Positions 33,371 to 46,375 of a stretch of 64,000 nt of DNA are shown piece after piece (position 1 is the stretch's first letter; the number at the start of each line of letters is the position of its first letter). Source of the DNA: Macrostomum lignano (taxonomy: Eukaryota); assembly GCA_002269645.1 (NCBI GenBank), contig NIVC01001731.1, positions 1-64,000 on the forward strand. Direction: 5' to 3'. Both the position numbers and the translations under genes were made by a program. The notes beneath the pieces were generated by a model that worked only from the letters and a program-made list of their open reading frames with translations, did no database searches and was not told the DNA's origin.

Positions 33371-33981
33371 GCTTTTCAGCTTTTAGCTGCCGAGCTCTCT
33401 TTATTCCTATTTCAGAAAGTGCAGGTGTGAACCTGTTGGGCTCAGCAAGTTTGCCGATGTAGAAAGCAAAGGCGGTCACCAACTGCTGTCGGAGTTGTGG
33501 AACACCGAACGGGATGTGTCGATGAAAGTCAGCATGGCTCTTAAGCGGAAGAGCGAATTGGATATGAGCTATTACAATGTCCACACTTGACGGCAACGAC
33601 TGCTATAAATGGACAGAAAGATTAACAGTCCTTCATCATGTTTACCAGTTGTTCATTGCAAACTTCATTATTAACTTAACAAAAGGACCATATATACCAG
33701 GAGACAAGGGCGCCCATCAAAAAATCAAATATTGGCCGAGGTAAAGCTAATAAATTGCTCTTAATTATTATTACCTAATTTTCACAATTTTGCCAAACAA
33801 AATAATTTCGAAATTAAATTTCGCTACTTGCCTACTGAACTCCTCTCTACAAGAGTAGTGTGTAGAGAGTATGTAGCTTTTATTTCATATGCCAAATAAT
33901 TTTCTGTTTAGGCTCAACTTTGGTAATAACAGCATAGGCGCGCTTGTAAGTGTGCTCAGGATCAGTGTCACCTGTTTGGAC

Positions 33982-34548
33982 AGCAGTTCAGAGAGCGGAA
34001 GCAGTTCAGAGAGCGGAAGCAGTTCAGAGAGCGGAAGCAGTTCAGAGAGTGGAAGCAGTTCAGAGAGCGGAAGCAGTTCAGAGAGTGGAAGCAGTTCAGA
34101 GAGTGGAAGCAGTTCAGAGAGCGGAAGCAGTTCAGAGAGTGGAAGCAGTTCAGAGAGCGGAAGCAGTTCAGAGAGTGGAAGCAGTTCAGAGAGCGGAAGC
34201 AGTTCAGAGAGTGGAAGCAGTTCAGAGAGCGGAAGCAGTTCAGAGAGTGGAAGCAGTTCAGAGAGCGGAAGCAGTTCAGAGAGTGGAAGCAGTTCAGAGA
34301 GCGGAAGCAGTTCAGGAAGCAGTTCAGAGAGTGGAAGCAGTTTAGAGAGTGGAAGCAGTTTAGAGAGTGGAAGCAGTTCAGAGAGTGGAAGCAGTTCAGA
34401 GAGCGGAAGCAGTTCAGAGAGCGGAAGCAGTTCAGAGAGTGGAAGCAGTTCAGAGAGTGGAAGCAGTTCAGAGAGTGGAAGCAGTTTAGAGAGTGGAAGC
34501 AGTTCAGAGAGTGGAAGCAGTTCAGAGAGCGGAAGCAGTTCAGAGAGT
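33982..34548. repeat. 18-bp minisatellite (AGCAGTTCAGAGAGYGGA)n
   Basis: About 31 units; produces the SSSESG and AEAVQR ORFs. Confidence 0.93.
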
Positions 34549-36518
34549 GGTAAGCAGTCTAGTGAGCAGTTGATTGACAGGAATCGGAGCAGATATGCAA
34601 GCTTAAAGAATTGGAGAAGCGCAGCTCACACCGGAGCGGAAAAAGCAGCCACCTCTACTCGTCCCGACCGCAGCCATCCAAGCAGCCCAGCTCCAGACCA
34701 GCCGGCCTCAATGCCCAAAAAGGACAATAACGAAGCTGAAGTTTGAGGGCCGAGCCAGCAGCCTGCGAACGCGTGGCACAGAAGAGACTCGCAGCAAATG
34801 CTTTGGGGAGGGGGTTCAAAGCATCCATTGCTTTGCATTGTGCCTCACACTCACAATAGGGCTTTTAGAGGCCATTGTGTTTAAAAGTCTTTCTGTCATG
34901 TAAGCAGAAGATAATAGGAAAATGAAACCTTGTTATACTGCTGTTGAGAATTGAAGGATTCTATAGTCCTAGATAGAATAGATATAAAATATATAGAGCC
35001 CTCAGATTTCGCATTTTGCTGCCGCTTCGGCGACACTAAGCTCTCTTGCGTAGCCTCTCTGCAATAATATTTTACACAAGCCAAACTTATTTTCATTCTC
35101 TTCTGGATGAGACTGGGGGAGAGAGTAAAAAAGAAGGTAGAAGGCGCGAGAGAGGACCAGGCTTAATGAGAGAATCGATCGACTCAAGATTAAAATTTCG
35201 ATTATTGAAATTGGCTGTTGATGGCCACGCCCAGATCCTGAGCACCTACAAGTGCACCATACTGGACCCAACCCCAAATGCATAGGGTGTACATGCCTGT
35301 CGATTAGAAAGTTCAGGGCACCCTGTGTGAGCCTGTGTATGAGTGAGTGCCTGCTCACAGTATTGAGATGTTTGCATGTGCTCAGGAGTCAACGGAATGG
35401 GCAGAATCGCCGTCAGCGCTGGCTGAGGCACGATGTCGCAGAAGGCGTTGCGCCAGGGTGCGTGCAGCCCTCGTGCGAATATTTATTAACTTAAGAGTCT
35501 GCAGATGCATTTCATCATCTCTAATTTTGATGGGTAACGCGTTTTATAGAAACCCCAGCTTCTTAAATTTGTCCTGTAGACACTGCATCTAAAGAAGAGC
35601 AGCTGCAGGATTATCGCGCTGCGAGTGCTAAGAGAAAACTGCTTTGAGTTCGCCAACAAACCCAACACTGGTCTCTTGAATCACCCAACCGCGCGCTGTG
35701 CCTCAGAGACAATAAAACCGCGAGTCTGGCTAGATTGAAACTCTAATCCAGCTCACTACTCAAACAGCATTCAAAGCATTCAATCAAACAGCAAGACCGA
35801 GCACAGCATTGTTCATTGTCCCCGGCAACCGCAGAGGCTGCTCAACGCTCGCCTGTAGACTGCAGAAAGGCTGGCAGAATGAAGTGCAGGCCTGAGAATA
35901 GCGATAATTAGCTACTGCTTGAGGTTGAGCCGGCCTCTCTAAACACGCTCCCTACGGCGAGTTCAGCACATTTTATTTTTTTCTTTGGCAAAGCAAACAG
36001 TAATTTAACCATTCTATCACATTACTAAATAGAGACGAATTCAAAGAATGCACTATTTCAATAAATCCGGGCAAAAGGCATTGCTTGACAACTAATTCAA
36101 CTACAATGACTGCTATTGTTATAATTATTATTTAAATTCTTAATAAAAAACTGAAAGTAGAATACGCTTATGAGCTAAAGTTCTCGGAGATTTCGACTTT
36201 GTCTGTATATTGAAAATCGTATTGAATAGCTGATATCCTGCACTGCTAGTCATTCTTCAATAGATTTGAGAGCAAATTTCGGTAAATGATTTTGTTTACC
36301 TGTAGTGCACTCTGGGCAGTCGTGTTAATTCTCGGCACTTAAAAATCAAGTTAAACAATTTAAGATAAAATTAAAAAAAAAATAAATTACCTGCTCACAA
36401 GTAAGAGAGCTTTCGTTTTTTACACAAAATTCCTGTGGTTATTTGCTTGATATTTTCGAAGTCTCCTCATCAGCCAGTCGAGAAGATTTGCTCTCTTCAT
36501 CTCCAGCTTCTTAAATAT

Positions 36519-38645
36519 TTACAGAAACTGCTCCGGATTCGAAGAATAAAAAACGGCAACCTGCAGCTCCTGCTCATCCGAGTCCTCTCTCTCAGCCACA
36601 TCCCGGATCCAGTCCTGAGCGCGAGCTTCTCGATCAGTCCGCAGCTCGAGCCGCAGAGCCCACAGCAGAGCGTCGAAGTTCATGTAGAAATAGTTACTGC
36701 CTGACAACCGGAGGGGAAAGCACGCCCTTAGAGCTCCTGCCAAGAATTCGAGTTTCGGTCGCTGGTCCAACCGAAAGCAAAACTTCCACGCCGAGTCGCG
36801 GCTCCTCAGATGCCGCATCACGAACTCCTCAGTCGCTTCAGTCGCCGACTTCTCACGAGACCAAGCTATGCCTCTGCTCACCGAGTGACTTGAGCACGAG
36901 CTCACGACTCTCTCTGCAGTTCCTCGGTCGCCGAACTTCAGGCAAGCCAGCGCTCTGAGAGCCTCCCGTGCTGAGAGGGCGCAGTCTGGCAGTCTGGCAA
37001 TCAGCTCTGTGAGCGACTCCTGAGATCGCGGGCTGCAGTCACTGCAAGAGAGACGCACCAGACACTCTCTCACCACGTCGTAGATCTGATAGTACTCGAG
37101 AGCACTGGACTTAGTGAGGGGCAGCGGACTCATATTCGGCCGGATTTGGAACGGGTGGAAGTAGAATGTGCCTGAGTCGCTCACAGGTCTGAGACTGCCG
37201 ATGAACTGCTGCAGCAGCTGGGGCAGCCGATCAATTACTGTTCTCAGTGTGCTCATGATGCCGTCCAAATGCTGGTCCGCTCTCTCCTTGTCCGCACCCT
37301 TGAGGTAGATGGCCACATCGCTGAGAAAGAAATGATTCATGATGCGACCCCGAGATCGGTCAGGTGTGTCAGGTGTTTGTCTGTCCTGCTCTCGGCTCTT
37401 CTCCACACAGTCGAGCAGCATCTGCAGCGACTGTCTCGTGAGACTCACGAGGTTCTCCTTCTTCCACTGCTCGACCGGCGTCTCGTCCACCATTCGGAAG
37501 GTGATGGTCTTCACGTGGTAGGACTTCAAGCCTTGCTGATTGAAGCCATTCTTGTGACAGATGACCTTCTTGACCAGGTACTTGAGTGTGACGAACAGTT
37601 GACCTTGCAGGGTAGAGAGACTTCGCAGCATCCGGTTCTCCAGGAAGCTGGTGCTCACGCGGAGCTCTTCACCCTGTCGATCAGGAGAGGCTGCGTGCAC
37701 CACGTGGCAGGGCAATGAGGCGGAGGTGAGCACCTTCCGGAGGGCCTCCAAGACGGGATGGGGGATGTTGGAGACGCGGTTTGGCAGCAGCGGCGCGATG
37801 GGCGGGTAGCGGCAGAGACGGCATGCGGAGACATTGTCCAGTGCTGGCCTCAGTGTGAATCCGGGTGTTGCAAAAGCAGGATTGGAGGCTGTAAAAACGA
37901 TTCGGTTACAAATACATTTAATATACCGTTTTTTGTATGGCCATGTCCATTGTCTACGTGAGATGAGACATGGCCATAGACTATGGAATTTAATACATGA
38001 TTATATCGTGTTACAATGGTAGGTTGGCAATTATGGTAGTGTGCTTCGCCACTCATAAAAATTAATCATTGTCAACCTACATATTGACATATTGTCTCAT
38101 GAATGTATTATAGTAGCCTTAAATAATGACTTCGAAGCGTTGAATAATGAGCGTACAGCATGGGACCATGCATTTAGCGATAATTTCTGCACCAATGCTT
38201 TGCACACAGAAAGCAAACGTCTACACTGCCAGAATCTCTAGAAATCACAACAGAACTAACAGAACACAGACCATCTCACTCCCCAAAAGAGAACTCACCG
38301 AATCCTAAGCACTGAATGTGCCCGTTCACCAACTCTTGCTGCTCCGGAGCTCCATCGCACTCGCACAGGCCTCTCTGGTGGTATTCTCGGCCGGGAATCA
38401 ACTGCATCACATCAATGTCGGAATTGGCGTCAGTTCTGCCGTCCAGTGTCGTCAGGCTGTTGCCCCAGCCTTCTGAGTAGCTGCCGACGACAAAAATTAA
38501 GTCATCATTGTTTGGTCCACTTCTTATAATCTGCTGCAGGGCATCAGCAGCTGCGCTCTGCAATGCGGCTCGGGATTCGGTGAAGCCTGACTGCTCCAGT
38601 GCTGAGTGCAGCTGCTCGCTCAGCTCTGATTCGATCGGACTGCAT
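36519..38645 (-). CDS. Mab-21 / cGAS-like receptor (cGLR) nucleotidyltransferase
   Basis: Exon 38645-38299 carries VVGSYSEG...SDIDVM (GS...DxD). Exon 37888-36519 (phase 1, in frame) carries LDNVSA, RVSTSFLENRML, TLKYLVKK and LKSYHVKTITF, the last resembling the cGAS SYHVKT motif. The frame stays open for about 32 codons past the TAA at 36519-36521, so that stop may be premature. Confidence 0.8.
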
Positions 38646-38711
38646 CTTAAATGTCAGTTGTTTGGTAGAAACATGCACTTCTAGAAGGGTTAATTGACTT
38701 ATTTATGTAGC

Positions 38712-39788
38712 TTAGGGCAGCACTCCAGTAACATTGACGTCAGCCTGTGCTTTGATGAGTGTGCTCACAACTTGGTGGTGACCATTCTGTAATGCAATGT
38801 AGAGAGGTGACTCGCCAGTGTTTACTTGAAGATTGACGTAGGCTTGTGCTTTAATGAGTGAGCTCACAACTTGGTAATGGCCATTATGTGATGCCATGTA
38901 GAGAGGTGAGCAGCCATCGACTTCTTGAAGATTGACGTCAGCTTGTGCTTTGATGAGTATGCTCACAACTTGGTGTTGGCCATAATGTGATGCAATGTAG
39001 AGAGGTGACTCGCCAGTGTTTCGTTGAAGATTGACGTCAGCTTGTGCCTTGATGAGTGAGCTCACAACTTGGTGGTGACCATTTTGTGATGCAATGTAGA
39101 GAGGTGACTCGCCAGTGTTTCGTTGAAGATTGACGTCAGCTTGTGCTTTGATGAGTGCGCGTACAACTTGGTGGTGACCAAAATGTGATGCAATGTAGAG
39201 AGGTGACTCGCCAGTGTTTCGTTGAAGATTGACGTCAACTTCTTCTTCGATGAGTGAGCTCACAACTTAATGGTGACCATTTTGTGATGCAATGTAGAGA
39301 AGTGAAGAGCCATGAACATTTTCTTGAAGATTGACGTCAGCTTGTGCTTTGATGAGTAAGCTCACAACTTGGTGGTGACCATTTTGTGATGCAATGTAGA
39401 GAGGTGAGCAGCCATCGACTTCTTGAAGATTGATGTCAGCTTGTGCTTTGATGAGTATGCTCACAACTTGGTGTTGGCCATAATGTGATGCAGTATATAG
39501 AGGTGACTCGCCAGTGTTTCGTTGAAGATTGACGTCAGCTCGGGTTTGAATGAACAATTTGACAATTTTGACTTTGCCCATTTCACATGCAAAGTGAAGC
39601 GGTGAGAATGCCATCTCATTGATGCTGAACAGCCTATTAACGTTAGAAGGATTCTGTAGGTATCGCAAAATTTTTCTTGTGTTTCCGAACCGAATGTCTC
39701 TCAGGATCTCCGGTTCAGTTTCATCAAGGCCGAAGTTCTGCATCAGAACTGCTGCAATCGCTGTTAAGATTCTCCAAAGAGCTTCCAT
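38712..39788 (-). pseudogene. Ankyrin-repeat ORF (about 9 repeats) with an in-frame stop; probable N-terminus of the cGLR gene
   Basis: 99-bp tandem units encoding GESPLYIASQNGHHQVVSxLIKAQADVN. TAA at 39267-39269 replaces the CAA found in sister repeats and the frame continues. The splice to the NTase exon was not resolved. Confidence 0.7.
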
Positions 39789-40299
39789 TTCGGCTCGGTA
39801 TCGGTGCTGTGGAATGCGGAGAGCGCCGCATTCTGCTGCTACTCGTATTTATCTATTTTAGCTCATTCGCGTCACAATTGTCTGCAATGTCTGCCATTGG
39901 CGGCGCTGCCACCGTCCAATTGAAATAAGTGAGGTTTTGGCGCAGTTACAGAATTTTTAGAAGGAGGGCTGTTCCTTAATGAGCTGCTGTACATCGTTTT
40001 AATGACGCTGGTTTACTGCAGTAGGAATGTCTGCTTTGTGCCACTTTCATTTGGTCAGAAAACGAGTATTTTTTCTGATGAGCCGTTTTTTAGAAGCTAG
40101 CTATGAATATTAACAAAAGAGATCGACTTCCGATACTTCCGAAGCACGCTTCCGATTTGTGTAAATGCCTGTCTAAATGTGTTTAGGCGAAACTTTATGC
40201 TAAACACGCCGGAAGGAGCCAAGCAAAGCAAAGTGGTTGCGGAAAAACTGGCGGCGGCCGAGAAAGCGGATCTCAACTCTAATGAAGGGAAGGAGAAGG

Positions 40300-41200
40300 A
40301 CTAAAAGCATGGAAAGCAGAATTGGATGGATGCAGCTTGCAGCTGCGAAGCCATAAAAGAAGTGGAGCGCCGCTGGCGGCGCGACAGGGTAGAGCTGGTA
40401 GAAAAGTAGCAGAGAACAGCGTCCTATCTCCAGCCTCCAAGGGGCCGAATGTCAGATTCTGACAAGCCGATTTGATGGCAGAAGCTGCCCCCCCCACGCC
40501 GGATGCTTTGGCCGGAAAAACCCGCAGCTGGAATGTCGCACGCAGCCAGACACGCACAAAGGCAGCTGATGAACTGCCTTGCTGAGAGCTCGCCTCCGCG
40601 GCGTAGCCAAAGAGCGGCGTCACCAGCCAGGGACTCAACCCTGGCTGGTGACAGGTGCAGGTGAGACCACCTAGTGCAGAGCGGTGACTCTTCGAACAGG
40701 TGGCAGAAGGACGACATGCGGCATCGACCCGAACTGGTTGGCCTTTGGAAGGGCCAGCTTCCAGCAGCCAGATGAAGCCGACAGGCAGGCCCGCGAGCCG
40801 ATAGGAAGTCGACGTTTGGCTCCGCGGAGGGCCAGCTGCACGAAGTCTTTCGCTGGGAGGGGGGCGCCGGTGGCTTGGTGCAGAAACGAGACGGCGTGGA
40901 CGTAGGATCGGAGGCTGGAGAAGGACCGGAGCCGGTGCTTACCAGGCGTGGTGCGCGATGTAGCGGCAGAGCAGGTCACCGTCAGCTGGAGATCTAGGGG
41001 GCGGCCTGCGCTAACACAGAAGGCTTCCCAAGAGCGCAGCTGGCTGAAGTAGGATCGCCAGTTCTCCGCCAGGCCAAGGCAGCACAGGTGTCCGGCAGAC
41101 ACCGCGCGGGGAGGGGCGTGGGCGGCGTCCCCGGAGGGCGAGGACGATCTTGCAAAAGGAGGCAAAATTGAGAAGCAGCAGAGAGCGTGTGCGACGCGAA
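40300..41200 (-). mobile_element. Degenerate tyrosine recombinase fragment (DIRS/Ngaro-like or Crypton)
   Basis: SAM-like part: YFSQLRSWEAFC...SLRSYVHAVSFLHQATG...LALRGAKR. Catalytic end: GQSIRRGGGSF...LGGWR*DAVLCYF. Contains stops and frameshifts. Confidence 0.75.
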
Positions 41201-41659
41201 CTCAAGCGAGCAAATCACGATCGTACGAGCGTGGCAATGATCAATGATCCTGCGGTCCAGCAGCTACCAAAAGCTTAAAAAAATTATGAAGTAATTATGT
41301 CTAAATCAGCTTATCGTCCATGACCTTGTCTTTTTGACGAATGGTGGCCTATCCTGTCTCATGCTGTTTGTCTGTTTAATTAAAATCTATTGGTTTGAAA
41401 TTGACAGCGCATGACCAAGACAGTTACTGCTCTTAGTTGGCTTAGATTGAGAGGAAAATATATATACCATTCTTTCGGTATTGCTATTGGAATGGGTACT
41501 GGGTAGTATATGGGGTAGGTGAGCAGGAATAGTCCCCAATCTGGGTCACAAATTAATGGTGCATAATGGGTACAAGTCAGCGGAGAGAGGTGGCAATTTT
41601 TTAACATACTTAACAGCTGAGAGTGGAGAGCGGGTGAGAGCGGAGAGATGTGTGAGAGT

Positions 41660-41671
41660 TGAGAGAGAGAG

Positions 41672-41715
<44 letters not shown>
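41660..41715. repeat. (GA)n microsatellite
   Basis: Read directly. Confidence 0.9.
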
Positions 41716-41717
<2 letters not shown>

Positions 41718-43922
41718 GAGAGATGGAGGTTATGATTTCTTGACCTGCTTATATAGGTATACAGAGTGTGCATGGATACACAATAATGCAATTAGCCTAC
41801 ATGTACTGTACAAGGACCACTAGGAACACTTCGTCTAGTAGTCCTTGGTACTGTACGAGACCGTTTCACCAATGAATGGTAAATTATATGAGCAAGTGCT
41901 TTTGTGGTTGAAGGTAGAATTGCATATGCACGGTACCATACAGTATGTATACTGTGCATGCAATGTGTATGCATACATGTAAATTGTACGAGTACCGGTG
42001 GTATACAGTAATGTGACATTACAAGAAATAGGATAATTTCTTTCAATAATTTTAGACAGTACGAGTATCAAAACACTTTAGAACATATATACATGTCGTC
42101 CATGTTGCCTGTCTGCGAATTGGCATATTTGCTGCATTCTAGTTTTACTGCTTCAATAATGATACTGGAGCATTTCGGAAAGAATGCATCTTGTTTTACA
42201 AGTTTCTACTTAAGGAGTAGAATATTATAGTATAGCAGAAAGTCCCCATTGGCAAAATTAATACAGACAGACCATTTTTAGTATTTGGAAATACTTTCAC
42301 ATTTACTCGAGAGGAGAGAGAAGAGCTGGAGACATTCTGTAACGATACGAATAAAATATGTAATACTAGCAGTGTGAAAATTCTCAGTGTTCAGGCCGCG
42401 TTTTATCAAGTCATGCAATGTGTTGTAAATTGTACGAGTCCGGTGGTATACAGTAATGTGACATTACAAGAAATAGGATAATTTCTTTCAATAATTTTAG
42501 ACAGTACGAGTATCAAAACACTTTAGAACATATATATGTCGTGCCTGTCTGCGAATTGGCATATTTGCATTGGCATTCTAGACATTTTACTGCTCGACTC
42601 AGCATAATGATACTTCCAACTCAGGAGCATGCACATTCGTAACTACGAAAGAATGCAGCCAGCAGTCTTGTTTTACAAGTTTCTACTTAAGTTTTCTTTC
42701 TAATCTACGAGTATACGAATATTATTGTGCGAGTATAGGACAGAAAATCGGTCCAGCCATTTTGGCTAAAATCGATCACATACCCATATACCCACATACC
42801 TACCGACAGACCATTTTTAGTATTTGGAAATACTTTCACATTTAAATTTATAGTGACTGAATTAAAATTGAATGAATAAAACGATCGAGGCCCCTTTATA
42901 CTGTGCAAGGCTGTGGCCCCCCACTGGGTGTAACTTCTGCCACACGATCGCGGTGTGTAACGATAAATTTTACGCGTAGTAAAATATGTAACCTACTACG
43001 CTCCTACCATTCAAATAATTTTTCTTCCGTGTGAAAATTCTCAAGTGAAAATTCTTTTCTCCACTCAAGGCGCGCGCATCCACTCCTTCAATTTTGTTTT
43101 CTCCTTTGTTTTCATTGGCCCTTCTGGGTGGTCCCACGCGTTTCACTCGCTAAAAAGATCCCATGACCAAGGTGTAAACCCTTTTCCCACCTGCTGGTGG
43201 CTCATGAAAGTCTATAAAAAGTCTGCGCTCGCCCGCCTTATTGGCCAGACTCGATCGTGGAACCACCCCTTTCCTTAATATCCCGATTCCCGAGGTCCCC
43301 AACATGTTACATGCAGTTACAGCTGCATAAATATGTACATAAGCCTGATTTATATCTGTTCCTTGTTGCATGGTCGACTTCAGCTATATAGCTTCACCTT
43401 AATTCCAACTGCAGCCCATTATGTTACAATTATAATCTTAACTTGCCGTGACGTTGATATAACTTCAATAAATTCAGCCGTAAAATACATGTGCGCGCTT
43501 TCGTTGGGCCGACTGAAATCAATGTCCTAGATACAATTCGTGACCCTGCAGCTCGGAAAGCACTTCAATCTCAACGATCTAAATTAGGAAGAGTTCTTAT
43601 ATAGACTAGTTCGAGTGTACGAGCTAACGTACCATGCAAGTCTTAGGATATTTTCCCGCGAATTATCGTGGTGGAAGCAGTGACCTACTAAAAGGAACAC
43701 TCCGAAAATTCTACTAAGTATTGAATAAATCATTTGTTTTCTCTTCAGCTTTTGAGTAATCCTGTCTGGCCGGCATTTAAAAGGACATGAAACTCAACCA
43801 CTCCGCCACGACCACAGCTACCCTCACACTGAGCTTGATGAAGTCAGCAGCCCGAGCTTCCATAGCACCGGCAGTTTGTTCTAATTGACTTTGACTCCCG
43901 GAAATTCTGGCACTGATTCAAA

Positions 43923-44101
43923 CAGGCGCGGATCCAGAAATTTTTTGAGGAGGGGGCCAACGGCCAAGTTATACCAAGCACTGCAACCCCATATTGGAAA
44001 ATAGACCTGGCATAGTAGCGGGCCAAAAAGTATGATCAACATTTTTTTGGCCGCGGCTGAGGGGGGGCCGCCCCCCTTGGCCCCCTCTGAATCCACCCCT
44101 G
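43923..44101. mobile_element. hAT-type MITE
   Basis: Perfect 8-bp TSD GATTCAAA (43915-43922 and 44102-44109); imperfect TIRs CAGGCGCGGATCCAGA / TCTGAATCCACCCCTG; subterminal GAGGGGGCC / GGCCCCCTC. Confidence 0.8.
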
Positions 44102-45879
44102 GATTCAAACGCAAGCAGAGAATAATTTAAAAGTGATTTTCCTCATGTCAGAGCACTGTCTGTTCCTTCCAACACCTCCAAGCCCTCCTACAGTTATAGA
44201 TAGCCCCCCCCCCCCTATGCTTTTATGATTTATGTTTTTGTAATGTTAAAAACCAAAATTTATTTGATTTATTGTTTATTATGTTTTCATAATGCCATTA
44301 ATTTTTTTTTAAAGTATAGTAGATAAAAAGAAGAAAATTAATCAGTAAAAGTGTAAAACTGAAATAAACTAAAATTCCTAATTCTATCTATCTATAAATG
44401 TATGTTGAATCTGATGGTTCAGAGAAAAGATGTATAATTATATAAATTATAAATTGAATAGTTGTTATTGTTCTTGAAATAGTTGTATTAAAACATTTTA
44501 ACAAGAATTGTTTCTTCTAAGACAGGCTACTACCTAGGCTTTTTTACTATAGACAGTACTAGGCCTACTAAATATTATAAATTTATTAGGCAAAAATGCA
44601 AATTAAGAATAATTTATTTTATATAATAACTAAGTAAAGCTTAGTTAAATTTTTAATTATTCAAAACTATTATTATATTAAATTAATTAATTAGGATAGT
44701 CTAATAATAATAGTAATAAGCATTAAGCCTAGGCCTACCAACTTAGGCCCTTACTAATATTAAATCTTGCTTAGGCCTAGTAATAAATAAGTTAGGGGCC
44801 TTCTTAGTAAAACATACTAAAACTTAACTTCATTTATAATATAAAATAAATTATTCTACATAATAGAAATTAGACAGGATCCTAATCCCAATCCCAAAAT
44901 CTTGGGATCCCAAGGAAAATTGGATTCTCACAGGACCAGAATCCTGGCCCTAAAAACATGAGAATTGGGAACAGGTCTTCTGATTAAAAATTTATCTAAC
45001 TAGGCCTTGTGATTACTTGCTTGAATGTATTTTGTTTTAACTTGTACTCATTACGTTATTACTTTTTGGTTACAAAACTTTGCATCAATTTTGTGTTTCA
45101 CTTTTTGATCTTGAAATTTTTTGCTCAATTTTGTTTATATGGACAATACATTGAAAGACTTGATCCCAATTCCCAAATCCCTATCCCGAGAATAAATTAT
45201 TCCCAATCCCAATTTTAGGCCCTATCCAAAGATTTCAATACTGTCCAACCTCTACTATATAGCCATAGTAGATCTACAACAACTAAATTTTCATAATTTT
45301 AATATCAATAACTATAAATTATAAAATATATATTACTAATATTATTAGGCCTAGGTCTAGGAATATCCATAATAACAAAAACTATAACTGTTATAATATA
45401 TTTATATAAACAAACATAGAAGAAATGTATAATAGAAAAGCTTACTTAGAGTCACTCAGTCAGTTTAATATCAAGTTCTAAATTTTATATAATATTTTTA
45501 GATATAAATCAAATATAAATCTGAAAATATTTCAATTTTTAGCATATTTCAAAATTCAAAGCTAGATCTATTTAGAATAGAACCTCATAATCATTAAAAT
45601 AATCATATAATTATGTATATCAAATATAATTATTTTTTATCAATATTTACTTTATTGCTATATTACATAGCCTTGTATCTTATTCCATTTGTTATTGGGA
45701 TTAAATAATTAAATATAATGTTTTTTGGAGAAAATGTCTTAAATAAGTTATTATTTGAATAAGAAATCATTATAAACCTGACCCGAAAGCTAAGTAATAG
45801 TTGATCTAAATAAAAGACCAGAATCTTTCTTAAGATTTTAGGAATCCTATCTTTCTATTAGAAATTGACCAAAAATGAA

Positions 45880-46375
45880 GAATTTATAATTATAAGTCAA
45901 ATGGCAGTTGAAAAAATGAAAGACCTATAAGTCAAGTAGCAGTTTACCCAAATGAAGTACCTGTAGGTCAGGTAGGTAACAGTTGACCCAAATGAAGGAC
46001 CTGTAGGTCAAGTAGCAGTTGACCCAAATAAAGGAGTTGTAGGTCAGGTAGCAGTTGACCCAAATGAAGGACCTGTAGTTCAGGTAGCAATTTGATCCAA
46101 ATGAAGGACCTGTAGTTCAGGTAGCAGTTGACCCAACACCCAAATGAAGGACCTGTAGTTCAGGTAGCAATTTGATCCAAATGAAGGACCTGTAGTTCAG
46201 GTAGCAGTTGACCCAACACCCAAATGAAGGACCTGTAGTTCAGGTAGCAATTTGATCCAAATAAAGGACCTGTAGTTCAGGTAGCAGTTGACCCAACACC
46301 CAAATGAAGGACCTGTAGTTTAGGTAGCAGTTGACCCAAATGAAGGACCTGTAGGTCAGGTCAGATAGCAGTGTC
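45880..46375. repeat. Minisatellite of about 31 bp (CAGGTAGCAGTTGACCCAAATGAAGGACCTGT-like) with higher-order variants
   Basis: Read directly; a two-unit block recurs at 46070-46320. Confidence 0.88.

Noticed and set aside
33889-34746. 285-aa ORF with SSSESG repeats as a real Ser-rich protein
   Set aside because: Two frames stay open only because the 18-bp unit lacks stops; flanks show no domain or convincing gene structure.
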